Below are positions 30,130-39,264 of a DNA stretch of 64,000 nt, in pieces. The stretch is from Verrucomicrobiota bacterium. GTDB taxonomy: Bacteria > Chlamydiota > Chlamydiia > Chlamydiales > Rhabdochlamydiaceae. The stretch's first letter is position 1; each line of letters begins with the position of its first letter. Location: the NCBI GenBank assembly GCA_018239715.1, contig JAFEGW010000001.1, positions 109,684-173,683 on the forward strand, read 5' to 3'. The notes beneath the pieces were generated by a model. The model did not search any database. It had not been told where the DNA came from and saw only the letters and a list, made by a program, of their open reading frames with translations. The position numbers and the translations under genes are program-made.

Positions 30130-30705
30130 ATGATCATCCCCTCCGATTTTTTTACTATTGAAGAATTGAAAATCCGCAAGCGATGGCTGATTTCTATGTT
30201 TGTCATGCTGGGATTTTACACCTTCCAATTGGCTATCATGTCCTTAGATGTTCCCCACTCACTTCAGTTCTTCGCGAGCTTATCCCTTTTCAACCTCTTT
30301 GTTTTTGGGCTCCTCTACTACTTTTCTTATAAAAAGCACGGGTATCAGATGTTGCAAATGGTATTGCTGCTTCCCTTTACCAGGTTGCACGATATCATTA
30401 AATCGATACAGATTCAGAATAAGGTCGATTTAGTTATCCTACTTGTCATCTTGGGGCTTTATGGGTGGTGGTACTACATTAGTTTTAAGTTCATTGAGCT
30501 CAACAGACCTTTAAACCCATCAAGAAAATGTAAAAAAGCTCTCGCTGAAATGGAAGCTTCTCAAACGATCGAGGATCTCGATCTCAAGTTTCACAATCTC
30601 GTGAAAGAGTTTGCAAAATTCGAACGCGTGATCACCAAAGCCTATCACGAAAAGAAAGAATCTCTGACGCTAGACGTTTCTTTTCCAGCTATGCTGGGGA
30701 AGTAG
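30130..30705 (+). CDS. Hypothetical membrane protein (191 aa)
   Basis: Four hydrophobic segments followed by a charged C-terminal tail. Confidence 0.5.
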   Translation: MIIPSDFFTIEELKIRKRWLISMFVMLGFYTFQLAIMSLDVPHSLQFFASLSLFNLFVFGLLYYFSYKKHGYQMLQMVLLLPFTRLHDIIKSIQIQNKVDLVILLVILGLYGWWYYISFKFIELNRPLNPSRKCKKALAEMEASQTIEDLDLKFHNLVKEFAKFERVITKAYHEKKESLTLDVSFPAMLGK

Positions 30706-30734
30706 TTTGATCTACAAAACTTCTTTTTTCGGCT

Positions 30735-30807
30735 AATACGGCCAATTTTTTAGGTTTTTTTGGCCGTATTCGTGCAAATTTGGCCGTATTTGGACGAATA
30801 CGGCCAA
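30735..30807. repeat. Four copies of an 11-mer in A, A', A', A orientation (AATACGGCCAA / TTGGCCGTATT)
   Basis: Copies lie at 30735-30745, 30760-30770, 30780-30790 and 30797-30807. Copies 2 and 4 extend to a 13-bp perfect inverted repeat (TTGGCCGTATTCG / CGAATACGGCCAA). Confidence 0.8.
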
Positions 30808-30924
30808 AATTTTCCTAAGCTATTAATTAATAGTAAGTTGTCATAAGCTTAACCGGGTTAGTGTAAATTTTCTCCGACTTGCTGATAAAATAAATATTTG
30901 ATAGAGGTGGATTTAGAGGGACAC

Positions 30925-31686
30925 ATGAGGACATTTTTCAAAAGCATTTTGGGCATTGTTGTGATTTGCATCTTGGCAGGAACTGTTCTTTTCTTTTTGG
31001 CCAAGTCCCGTCTGCCGGATATGATCGCCAGCCGTCTTTCTAAGACCCTTCAAGTGAATGTTCAGATCGGCGATATTGACTTATCGATGAATCGCATTAA
31101 AATTGAGAATCTAGAGATCAGCAATCCTAAGGGATATAAGCTCCAGTATGCCTTTACCACCCAAGAGATCGATATCCACGCTCCTCTAACGGGATATCTG
31201 AAACAGGATATCGTCATTGATGAAATCGACTTGAACAATGTCTACCTGGGTCTGGAATTTGCCTCTCCCAAAGGAACGACAGGCAATTGGACCACCATTA
31301 TGACGAATGCCCAAAATGCCCAAACGCAAAGCACCCAAACGAAGTCGGAAAAGACCGTACTCATCAAAAGACTTGTTCTCAACAATATTAACGCCGAACT
31401 TCTTTACCAAAGCGAAGGCAAAATCCGTCGCCTCCCCACTATTCCGCAAATCGTCCTGGTCAATATCAGCAGCAAAGGCGGAAACCTGACAGATCAGCTC
31501 ATGAACAGCGCTCTCGGGGAAATGGTCAAAGAAATCTTCATCAAAGAAAACCTCAAAGACGCCCTGGATTCCATCTTCCAGAATATTCCCGGCTCAAACC
31601 CTGTGAAAGGCGTGCTTCAACCTTTAAAAGGGCTCTTTAACGCTCGGGATGCAGAAGAAGAAATCTATATCGCTCTACAGATTTAG
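30925..31686 (+). CDS. Hypothetical membrane-anchored protein (AsmA/DUF748-like N-terminus?)
   Basis: ATG at 30925 (MRTFFKSILGIVVICILAGTVLFF), one TM segment, then a beta-rich soluble part. The family call is tentative. Confidence 0.5.
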   Translation: MRTFFKSILGIVVICILAGTVLFFLAKSRLPDMIASRLSKTLQVNVQIGDIDLSMNRIKIENLEISNPKGYKLQYAFTTQEIDIHAPLTGYLKQDIVIDEIDLNNVYLGLEFASPKGTTGNWTTIMTNAQNAQTQSTQTKSEKTVLIKRLVLNNINAELLYQSEGKIRRLPTIPQIVLVNISSKGGNLTDQLMNSALGEMVKEIFIKENLKDALDSIFQNIPGSNPVKGVLQPLKGLFNARDAEEEIYIALQI

Positions 31687-33156
31687 AACTGCCGAATTTT
31701 CTAAGTTACGTCCATAAGGAAGATAACGCACAGGGTTGGGCAAGTTAAACATCCAGCAAAGATCTCGGATGACCGCGTAACAGGCAAAACCCCTCAAGAG
31801 ATAAGTTCTTTCAGCTAACCATGCAATAAAATTCACAAAAATTTTGTACAAGAAAAAGTAACTTCCCCTCATGGGCGCAATTTGACCCGCTGCCAGAATA
31901 AGAGACATGTTCTTGATAATTTCCCATTGATAGAGAATAGGAAAGATCACCATGTTATTACAACTATTCACGAGTAATACAAGGAATTGACATACAGCCT
32001 CGGCCAGCTCCATTAAGCTATCCACAACAGGTCTGCTTTCCATGAGCAAAAGGACCGTATAAACAGCAAAGGAATAGAGGATCGTACGGACAGCATAGCG
32101 CACGCAAGGAAACAGCCAGCGCCGAATGGGATGCTGAACATAGGAGTCGATACGAAGCGCTAAATCAGTGACATACTCGAAGCCTGTATGGTGAATCCGA
32201 CCTATAACTTGAAGATACCGATGTTGTAGCAGGCTTGAGGGAAGAAAACTGATAGCTTTCTGTGCGGTATAGTAAAGAACAAAGCTTTTCCATAAAAGAG
32301 AAGGTGCTCTTCTTAGAAGGATCTGAGAGCCGATCAAATTTTGCAAAACGGTAAAACCCGCATTCCCCTGTCTTTCTCCTGTGCGATAGAGGGTCCACAA
32401 TATTTGTGCTGTATCAATGTGATCGAGTAATGACAATATGTATGCGAGAAAAGAAACTTTCTCTCCAAATTTTGAGGTTAGGTCTGTTGAAAAGAGAATA
32501 TCGCAAGACCTGAGAAAATAGGAGATATTAAAGATAAAAACAAAGAAAGGAACGATGTAGATCTGGGTCCCCGATTCAATCTTTGTAAAAACGTTCTGAA
32601 TCTTCTGTGCTCTCGTTAAAGATTGATTCTCTTGTTGCCTTTTTTGTCCTTCGGTTTGAAATGTTTTCTCAATCTCTGGATCTGCCAGATATTGATGCGG
32701 ATTTTGGTATTGGATAAAACAAAAGTAAGCCTTGGAAAAGGAAGTACGGCTAGGCTGTGTACATTCAGGACATCTACCATGCAGGTTGACATACACCCAG
32801 TTGATCAAATTCTCTCTTTCATAGATATGCAGACCATCCTTATTGAAAACGCCCTCCGCTGTCAAAAGGCGTTTAAACAAAGGGGCATGAGGACCAATTT
32901 TATTTCGGATTTCTGGAGGGATGTTTAAAGCGGTCATGGCCTCATCGAAACGGATTTTATTGTCGACATACCAAGCCGGATCGCTCTGCGTATTTTTTCG
33001 AGCTTCAAAGATAGCCTGGCAAATCTTGTCCATCAGATCAACTCGCACGGAGGCTTCATTGCAGTCGGCAAAGAGAGGATTTGCGATAGGACTCTGACCA
33101 ATAGGACAATCCGGTATCCCTAACTTGGCGAAAAGACGAACTGTGTCTGCTGCCAT
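31675..33156 (-). CDS. Polytopic membrane protein with an N-terminal U-box-like segment
   Basis: 493 aa. The N-terminal 150 aa contain IPPEIRNKIGPHAPLFKRLLTAEGVFNKDGLHIYERENLINWVYVNLHGRCPECTQP. The C-terminal 300 aa or so are hydrophobic. Confidence 0.55.
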   Translation of the reverse strand: MAADTVRLFAKLGIPDCPIGQSPIANPLFADCNEASVRVDLMDKICQAIFEARKNTQSDPAWYVDNKIRFDEAMTALNIPPEIRNKIGPHAPLFKRLLTAEGVFNKDGLHIYERENLINWVYVNLHGRCPECTQPSRTSFSKAYFCFIQYQNPHQYLADPEIEKTFQTEGQKRQQENQSLTRAQKIQNVFTKIESGTQIYIVPFFVFIFNISYFLRSCDILFSTDLTSKFGEKVSFLAYILSLLDHIDTAQILWTLYRTGERQGNAGFTVLQNLIGSQILLRRAPSLLWKSFVLYYTAQKAISFLPSSLLQHRYLQVIGRIHHTGFEYVTDLALRIDSYVQHPIRRWLFPCVRYAVRTILYSFAVYTVLLLMESRPVVDSLMELAEAVCQFLVLLVNSCNNMVIFPILYQWEIIKNMSLILAAGQIAPMRGSYFFLYKIFVNFIAWLAERTYLLRGFACYAVIRDLCWMFNLPNPVRYLPYGRNLENSAVLNL

Positions 33157-33258
33157 AGAACTTCCTCAAAGATTTTGTTAGAAAGTTTACCTCAACATCG
33201 ATTTTCATAAACATCCGAATCTCTTGATTTTACAAAGATCAGACGGTATGTTGATGGC

Positions 33259-34260
33259 ATGATTCATGCCTATGCTGCCCTCGCTGCTTCTAAACCCCTT
33301 GAGCCTTTCGAATATTCCATTCCTCCCCTCCAAGATGACTGCGTTGAAATCGCCATCGAATGCTGCGGCCTTTGCTACAGCGATGTGCATATGATTGATA
33401 ACGACTGGAAAAATGCTAAGTACCCTTTAGTCCCTGGCCATGAGATCGTCGGTAAGGTCACCCGCAAGGGCAAAAACGTCAGAGAATTGGAACTGGGAGC
33501 GCGCGTCGGGCTGGGCTGGCAATGCGGGGCTTGCTTAAAATGTGAATTCTGCCTCCGCGGCGATGAGACAGTCTGCAGCGCTAAAGTCCGCACCTGTGTC
33601 GATCAATACGGCGGATTTGCCGATAAAATTGTCGCTGACTCTCGTTTTGTCTATCCTATCCCTGCAGGTCTCAGCCCCACTTCTGCCGCCCCTTTACTCT
33701 GCGCAGGCATCACCGTCTACACCCCCTTCATCACTTATAAAGTCCAGGCCCCTCAGTCGGTCGCCATCATTGGGATCGGAGGCCTGGGACATCTCGCTTT
33801 GCAATTTGCCAGGGCTTTTGGCTGTCAGGTCACGGCTATCTCCAGTTCTCCTGCCAAAGAACAAGAGGCTCGGCAGTTGGGAGCTCACCATTTCCTCAAC
33901 GTCAACGACCCGACTGCTATGAAAAACAGGGTTAACGCTTTCGATTTCATTCTATCGACAGCTCATGCGGATCTTGACTGGGCTGCGATCGGACAGCTGC
34001 TCCGTCCTCATGGGAAACTCTGCTTTGTCGGCCTTCCTCCTAGCGATGTGCATTTTCCTGTGCGCCTTCTCATCTCGGGCAACCGGTGCATTTGCGGAAG
34101 CGGGACCGGCAGCCGGACTCGGATGGCAGAAATGCTCCAATTTGCTGCTCTTCATAAAATAGAGCCCCAAGTGGAAGTTTTTCCCATGAAAAAGCTCAAT
34201 GAAGCGATTCAACGCCTCAAGGCCAATCAGGCCCGCTATCGGATCGTCCTCACAAATTGA
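33259..34260 (+). CDS. Zinc-dependent NAD(P) alcohol dehydrogenase (CAD/YahK-like)
   Basis: GLCYSDVH, PLVPGHEIVG, structural zinc cysteines CGACLKCEFC, and a Rossmann motif GIGGLGH. Confidence 0.85.
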   Translation: MIHAYAALAASKPLEPFEYSIPPLQDDCVEIAIECCGLCYSDVHMIDNDWKNAKYPLVPGHEIVGKVTRKGKNVRELELGARVGLGWQCGACLKCEFCLRGDETVCSAKVRTCVDQYGGFADKIVADSRFVYPIPAGLSPTSAAPLLCAGITVYTPFITYKVQAPQSVAIIGIGGLGHLALQFARAFGCQVTAISSSPAKEQEARQLGAHHFLNVNDPTAMKNRVNAFDFILSTAHADLDWAAIGQLLRPHGKLCFVGLPPSDVHFPVRLLISGNRCICGSGTGSRTRMAEMLQFAALHKIEPQVEVFPMKKLNEAIQRLKANQARYRIVLTN

Positions 34261-34311
34261 CCTTGACCTTTTTAGTGCTTTCGAGCAATTGAAAGATAGG
34301 AGGCTTAGGAG

Positions 34312-34710
34312 TTGAGCAAGAAAGACCTGCCCGACAAAGAGTGGAAAAAAAAGCTCACGAAGGAAGAGTACCATCTTCTCCGTGAAAAAGGGACCGAAAA
34401 AGCCTTTTCAGGGGAATACTGGGACTCCACCGAAGAGGGCACCTATGTCTGCGCTGGATGCGGAGAGCCGCTTTTTAGCTCCGAGGCCAAATTCAAATCC
34501 AATACCGGCTGGCCTAGCTTCATCGAACCTATCGATATCAAAAATGTCACCCTCAAAGACGATGTCGGCTTTTTTACCAAACGGACTGAAGTTCTCTGCA
34601 GCTACTGCCAAGGCCACCTAGGCCATCTTTTCCATGACGGCCCCAAACCTGCCAAAACACGCTACTGCATCAATTCCGGGGCCCTCAAGCTTAAGAAGAA
34701 GAAATCTTAG
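34312..34710 (+). CDS. msrB: Peptide-methionine (R)-S-oxide reductase
   Basis: CAGCGEPLF..GWPSF and CSYCQGHLGHLFHDGP motifs. TTG start with GGAGG 8 nt upstream. Confidence 0.88.
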   Translation: MSKKDLPDKEWKKKLTKEEYHLLREKGTEKAFSGEYWDSTEEGTYVCAGCGEPLFSSEAKFKSNTGWPSFIEPIDIKNVTLKDDVGFFTKRTEVLCSYCQGHLGHLFHDGPKPAKTRYCINSGALKLKKKKS

Positions 34711-35161
34711 ATTGATAGACTTGTAAGATTTCCTTCCCGCCTAGAATCAAAGGCAGTTTTAATGCCTCTTCGATCGTCACCCAGCGCGCTTCGACATGGG
34801 CATCATAATCCAACTGAACTTTCGGCGTTTTCAACAGCCTCGCTCGAAATGCTGTAAAAACATAGTCGACATTATTTAGCCGGATATAGAGTTTAACAAC
34901 CTCCTGTAGATCATCGGTGTTGAGTTGAATACCAACTTCTTCTTGGACTTCCCGCACAGCAGCCGTCCGTGAATCCTCCCCTTTCTCGAGTTTTCCGGCA
35001 GGAAGACCCCAGGTATCCCCTTGCGGTTTTTCCGCATGCCGTTTCAAATAAAGGATTTTATCCTGCCACTCGCAAAAACAGCCTGCCACATGGACGGTGG
35101 GATGAAAATCCTTCGGAGGCTCAAAATAAAGGATATAAGTCATACAAACTATCTTAGACAA
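34691..35161 (-). CDS. NUDIX hydrolase
   Basis: Nudix box GKLEKGEDSRTAAVREVQEEVG. Confidence 0.8.
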   Translation of the reverse strand: MSKIVCMTYILYFEPPKDFHPTVHVAGCFCEWQDKILYLKRHAEKPQGDTWGLPAGKLEKGEDSRTAAVREVQEEVGIQLNTDDLQEVVKLYIRLNNVDYVFTAFRARLLKTPKVQLDYDAHVEARWVTIEEALKLPLILGGKEILQVYQSKISSS

Positions 35162-35216
35162 TTTGAACTACTCAGAAAAGAGCTTTTACCCTAGCATATG
35201 AAGGAAAAGAGACCCT

Positions 35217-35495
35217 ATGGATACTGGACCTATTACTTCCACTAGCCCCAAGCCTGCAGACTTTATGTGGGGGCCCAAAGAGCTGCCTAAGGTCGCTCCT
35301 CTACCCCCGGATTCTCCCTGGGTGAAGTATCTACAGCTTCATTTCCCCCGAGAAAATTTGAACGCTTTGTGTGAACATGCTGCCCATCTGCAATCCAATA
35401 TGTCGCGGATGCTGTCCTCGGAAATGAATCGCCTCTCGAAAAGAGCCCGCGCTACGGCTCAAAAAATGAAAGACGCCATCATGGGCCGGGATTAG
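35217..35495 (+). CDS. Hypothetical protein (92 aa)
   Basis: ORF only. Pro-rich N-terminus and a basic helical C-terminus. Confidence 0.35.
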   Translation: MDTGPITSTSPKPADFMWGPKELPKVAPLPPDSPWVKYLQLHFPRENLNALCEHAAHLQSNMSRMLSSEMNRLSKRARATAQKMKDAIMGRD

Positions 35496-35950
35496 ATCAG
35501 ATCTAATCCTTTTAATATAAAGGCCGACGCCACTCCTCCACCTATTGCACCAGTGCCCCCCACGAGATAGAGACAAGTACGTCCGAAGTACCCGGCAACT
35601 CCTCCGTAGGTAAAAGCCGTCAAAGGAGGAATACAACTAAGAATTAAAAATTTAAAGGCTTTTTCAGCTGTAAATTGCACATGAGCGACGGAAGATCCCA
35701 CATAGGCACTTGCTCCCACTCCTGCGATAATGGATAGAGTCGTAATAGCTGCTGCTCGTCCTATGCTAGCCTCTTTACCTTTCTCTTTCTTATTGAATGC
35801 CAGTTGGCCCAGGACATTGGTAGCTGCTGCTACACCTAAACCAGCAAAAAATGTAGGAGCCTCATACACAAAGTTCCAAAGGCTATTTTCAAAATCTTTA
35901 ACGGTAAGTCCCCAAAAAAGTTCCTTCGGGGGAAGAACACCTGCTGTCAT
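35492..35950 (-). CDS. Gly/Ala-rich hypothetical membrane protein
   Basis: ATG at 35950 (MTAGVLPP). There are several Gly-rich hydrophobic segments. Confidence 0.5.
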   Translation of the reverse strand: MTAGVLPPKELFWGLTVKDFENSLWNFVYEAPTFFAGLGVAAATNVLGQLAFNKKEKGKEASIGRAAAITTLSIIAGVGASAYVGSSVAHVQFTAEKAFKFLILSCIPPLTAFTYGGVAGYFGRTCLYLVGGTGAIGGGVASAFILKGLDLI

Positions 35951-36085
35951 ATGGGCCTCCAAAAGTATTGTAAGCAAAAAATTTAACAGACCGCCGTTTA
36001 GCAGCCAAGAAAAACATCATGCTATACCAAAAAAGCTGACGCCTTAAGGTCTATGGCTTATGATTAAAATTAAAGGCGAGAGCTT

Positions 36086-37825
36086 ATGGATAAACATGAA
36101 GTCGCAAGAATCTTCGATGAAATCGGCGTCCTGCTCGATATCACAGGCGGAAATCCCTTCAAGATCCGGGCTTATCACAACGCAGCGAGAGCTGTAGAAA
36201 ACTTAGAAGAAGATCTCGCCTGCCTCGTGAAAGAAAAGCGCTTAGAAGAGATCGAAGGGATTGGCGAAAGGATCGCCCAAAAAATCACCCTCCTGGTCAC
36301 TACAGGCCATCTCCCCTACTACGAAAAACTGAAAAAAAAGGTCCCTGAAGGGCTGCTGGACTTACTGAAAGTGCCCGGCCTCGGCGGCAAGAAAATCAAA
36401 ACTCTATATGAAAAACTGAAAATCAAAACGACCGAGGACTTACTCAAGGCTTGCCAGCAGGGAAAAGTCGCTAAACTGCGCGGCTTTGGAGCTAAAACAC
36501 AAGAGAATATTCTCAGCGGCCTTGGCAAAATCCAAGCTTATAGCCGCCGGATGCTCTGGTGGAAGGCGATGAAAATCGGCCAGCCCATCTTAGAAAAACT
36601 CTCCGAGCTTAAAAGCGTCAAGAAAGCCGAAATTGCCGGCAGCGTCCGTCGAAAATTAGAAACGATCGGAGATCTCGATTTCTTAGTGGCTTCTTCCAAA
36701 CCCAGCCAGGTCATGGAATGGTTCACGAAACAGCCTGAAGTCGAAAAAGTCCTCGCGAAGGGTCCCACTAAATCGTCCGTCCTTCTGCAAAAAGGGGTTC
36801 AAGCCGATATCCGGGTGATTCCTGAGCATGAATTTGGGTTTGCTCTACTGTACTTTACCGGTTCGAAGGACCATAACATCCGGATCCGCAAGCGGGCTCT
36901 GGAGAGAGGATGGTCCCTCAGCGAATACGGCCTTGAGCCTGCCGTAAAAAAACCTATAAAACTCCATCTTCCCCAAAAACCGTCAGAAGAAGACATCTAC
37001 CAGGCGCTGGGCCTTTGCTATATCCCGCCCGAGCTCCGAGAAGACATGGGAGAATTTCAAATCGCAGAAAAAGGAAAGCTGCCTGTTTTAATCGAAGAAA
37101 AAGACATCCGTGGAGTTTTTCATTGCCATACGACGGAGTCGGACGGCCATAACACTCTGGAAGAAATGGTCCATGCAGCAGAAAGGCTGCAGTGGGAATA
37201 TCTCGGCATTTCCGACCACTCTAAGTCAAGCTTCCAAGCAAATGGGATGGATGAAGACCGGCTTTTTGCCCAAGTAGAAAAAATCCACAAGCTAAACCGA
37301 TCTAAAAAATTTTCCACCCATATCTTTGCAGGCCTGGAGTGCGATATTTTAACGAACGGCAAGCTCGATTTTCCCGATGCGGTGCTGAAGCAGCTTGATT
37401 TTATCATCGTTTCAGTCCACCGGTCCTTCAACTTAGATGAAAAGACCATGACCGCACGTCTGATCAAGGCCATTGAAAATCCCTACACTACCATGGTCGG
37501 CCATCTCACAGGACGCCTCCTCCTCAAAAGAGACGGCTACTCAGTCAATGTCAATAAAGTCATCGACGCTTGCATTGCCAATCACAAAATCATGGAGCTC
37601 AATGCCCATCCTATGCGACTCGATATGGACTGGCGCTACTGGCATAAAGCTAAAGAAAAAGGGCTTAAATGCAGCATCAATCCTGATGCGCACTCCGTGG
37701 ACAATCTGCAATTTTTCCGTGCCGGCGTGAGTACCGCCCGCAAAGGCTGGCTCGAGAAAAAAGATGTGATCAACACCCTTCCCCTCTCTAAAATCCAAAC
37801 CCTTCTCAGGAAATGCCTTTCATAG
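36086..37825 (+). CDS. polX: Family X DNA polymerase with a C-terminal PHP phosphoesterase domain
   Basis: N-terminal HhH elements (GIGERIAQKI, VPGLGGKKIKTL), a Pol-beta-like core (GSVRRKLETIGDLDFLV), and a PHP domain (FHCHTTESDGH). Confidence 0.85.
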   Translation: MDKHEVARIFDEIGVLLDITGGNPFKIRAYHNAARAVENLEEDLACLVKEKRLEEIEGIGERIAQKITLLVTTGHLPYYEKLKKKVPEGLLDLLKVPGLGGKKIKTLYEKLKIKTTEDLLKACQQGKVAKLRGFGAKTQENILSGLGKIQAYSRRMLWWKAMKIGQPILEKLSELKSVKKAEIAGSVRRKLETIGDLDFLVASSKPSQVMEWFTKQPEVEKVLAKGPTKSSVLLQKGVQADIRVIPEHEFGFALLYFTGSKDHNIRIRKRALERGWSLSEYGLEPAVKKPIKLHLPQKPSEEDIYQALGLCYIPPELREDMGEFQIAEKGKLPVLIEEKDIRGVFHCHTTESDGHNTLEEMVHAAERLQWEYLGISDHSKSSFQANGMDEDRLFAQVEKIHKLNRSKKFSTHIFAGLECDILTNGKLDFPDAVLKQLDFIIVSVHRSFNLDEKTMTARLIKAIENPYTTMVGHLTGRLLLKRDGYSVNVNKVIDACIANHKIMELNAHPMRLDMDWRYWHKAKEKGLKCSINPDAHSVDNLQFFRAGVSTARKGWLEKKDVINTLPLSKIQTLLRKCLS

Positions 37826-38261
37826 AAAGAAACGTTAGAACAATGACTCCTGCCAAAATAGGTTTTTCATAAGAACTTCCCTCAAGGGCTAATTTGAGCA
37901 GCATGCCGACATTGGCCACTTTAACGACCAAGCTTATAATGTAGGCTGTCTTCTCATACTCTTTTGCTTTTTCTTTATCCCCATAAGCATCTTCTATCCA
38001 AGCCTTCACGGGAATCCAAGAGGTGAATAAAAGTCCCATTCCTACCAGGCATAAACTCCCACCGGTTTTTTTTCGCTGCTCTAGAATAGAAGATACGATG
38101 AAACTAGCCGCGACAAAATTCTGACAAAATCTTCCTAAAGCAATGAATTGCCTAGCCGGCGAGTCTACGGAAGCTTTCTTTAAATATTTCCCTAAGCTTT
38201 CGACTAAACAACCTTCAGCGACGGCTGCTGCTGCTAAGGCATAAACAGGGGTCAAACTCAT
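37806..38261 (-). CDS. Hypothetical membrane protein (151 aa)
   Basis: Four hydrophobic segments. The 3' end overlaps polX by 20 nt. Confidence 0.45.
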   Translation of the reverse strand: MSLTPVYALAAAAVAEGCLVESLGKYLKKASVDSPARQFIALGRFCQNFVAASFIVSSILEQRKKTGGSLCLVGMGLLFTSWIPVKAWIEDAYGDKEKAKEYEKTAYIISLVVKVANVGMLLKLALEGSSYEKPILAGVIVLTFLSMKGIS

Positions 38262-38425
38262 CGTCGTATTCCTTTTTACAATTTCAATTAATTTTCACTA
38301 CAGTCTACGTGGTATTACTAAATCTTTAGAAGCCATTTCCACCACTCATCCAACAAATCAAAAACTATTTAGATTTTAATTTTCTTCCATTCTTGGTAAA
38401 TTATTTCGATTTAAAGAGAATTAGC

Positions 38426-38794
38426 ATGAAAAATTATATTCTTTCTTTATGTTTTTTTCTAGCCAGCTCCCTTGGAGCTGAAGAAGCTCCAACTCCTGAC
38501 ATTCAAATGGATCAGCTGAAGCATGTCAAAAAACAGCTGGCAGAAGCCCGAGAACAAGGCTGGGAGCACTCTGCTGAAAAAAAAGATCTTAGACCTAAAG
38601 GCCCGATTGAATTCAATTTCAGTTTTGCTCCTAGTACTGAGCACAAATCTAACCGTTCTGATTTCCATCCGATGCAAAAGTCAGAGCAAATGGCGCTCAT
38701 GTTCCGGAGCGACATTCCTGAATCGGAGAAAGGCAGGCAGATGGACCGCTTAAACGAAAGAGACCGCAACTTCAAACTTTCTAGGAAAAAATAG
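38426..38794 (+). CDS. Small secreted hypothetical protein
   Basis: ATG at 38426 gives the signal peptide MKNYILSLCFFLASSLGAEE. The mature part is charged. Confidence 0.45.
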   Translation: MKNYILSLCFFLASSLGAEEAPTPDIQMDQLKHVKKQLAEAREQGWEHSAEKKDLRPKGPIEFNFSFAPSTEHKSNRSDFHPMQKSEQMALMFRSDIPESEKGRQMDRLNERDRNFKLSRKK

Positions 38795-38822
38795 AGCAAC
38801 CCCTGCAAGAGCAGGAGTTGCT
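38795..38822. terminator. Hairpin between convergent genes (possible bidirectional terminator)
   Basis: AGCAACCCCTGC, loop aaga, GCAGGAGTTGCT, with one mismatch and no clear U-tract. Confidence 0.35.
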
Positions 38823-38831
38823 TGAGATCGA

Positions 38832-39215
38832 TTAAAGATCGTATTTTTGAGCGAGTCTACCTAAAGCAAAGGCCGAAAGCATAAGTCCCACATCTCTCAA
38901 AACGATATCGTAGAAATGGCCGAGCGTCAAAAGATTAAGGACAATACATAAGATCCAGACAGAAACAATATAAGCAAAGACTTTGGGCTTAAAAAGAACC
39001 CCAATCCCCGCAATGATTTCAATGACTCCCACAATCGCAAAAAAAGCGCGGTCATGGCTATCGATCATCTGCATGGCCATCGGGGAGAGATATTGCGACC
39101 AGTTTGTTAGAACATAAAAAAACTTATCGAACCCTGCTACAATGGGGGCAATGACAAACGCCACCTGCAAGATGCGGAAAGCTTGATAACCCTGGTCTCC
39201 TGAGAACTTAGACAT
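38832..39215 (-). CDS. DoxX-family membrane protein
   Basis: 127 aa with four TM segments. The pattern RILQVAFVIAPIVAGFDKF...IVGVIEIIAGIGVLF is typical of DoxX-like proteins. Confidence 0.6.
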   Translation of the reverse strand: MSKFSGDQGYQAFRILQVAFVIAPIVAGFDKFFYVLTNWSQYLSPMAMQMIDSHDRAFFAIVGVIEIIAGIGVLFKPKVFAYIVSVWILCIVLNLLTLGHFYDIVLRDVGLMLSAFALGRLAQKYDL

Positions 39216-39264
39216 CGGACCTCCTGGTGTGTCTTGGTTCCCCCCTTACCATATAGAAATATTT

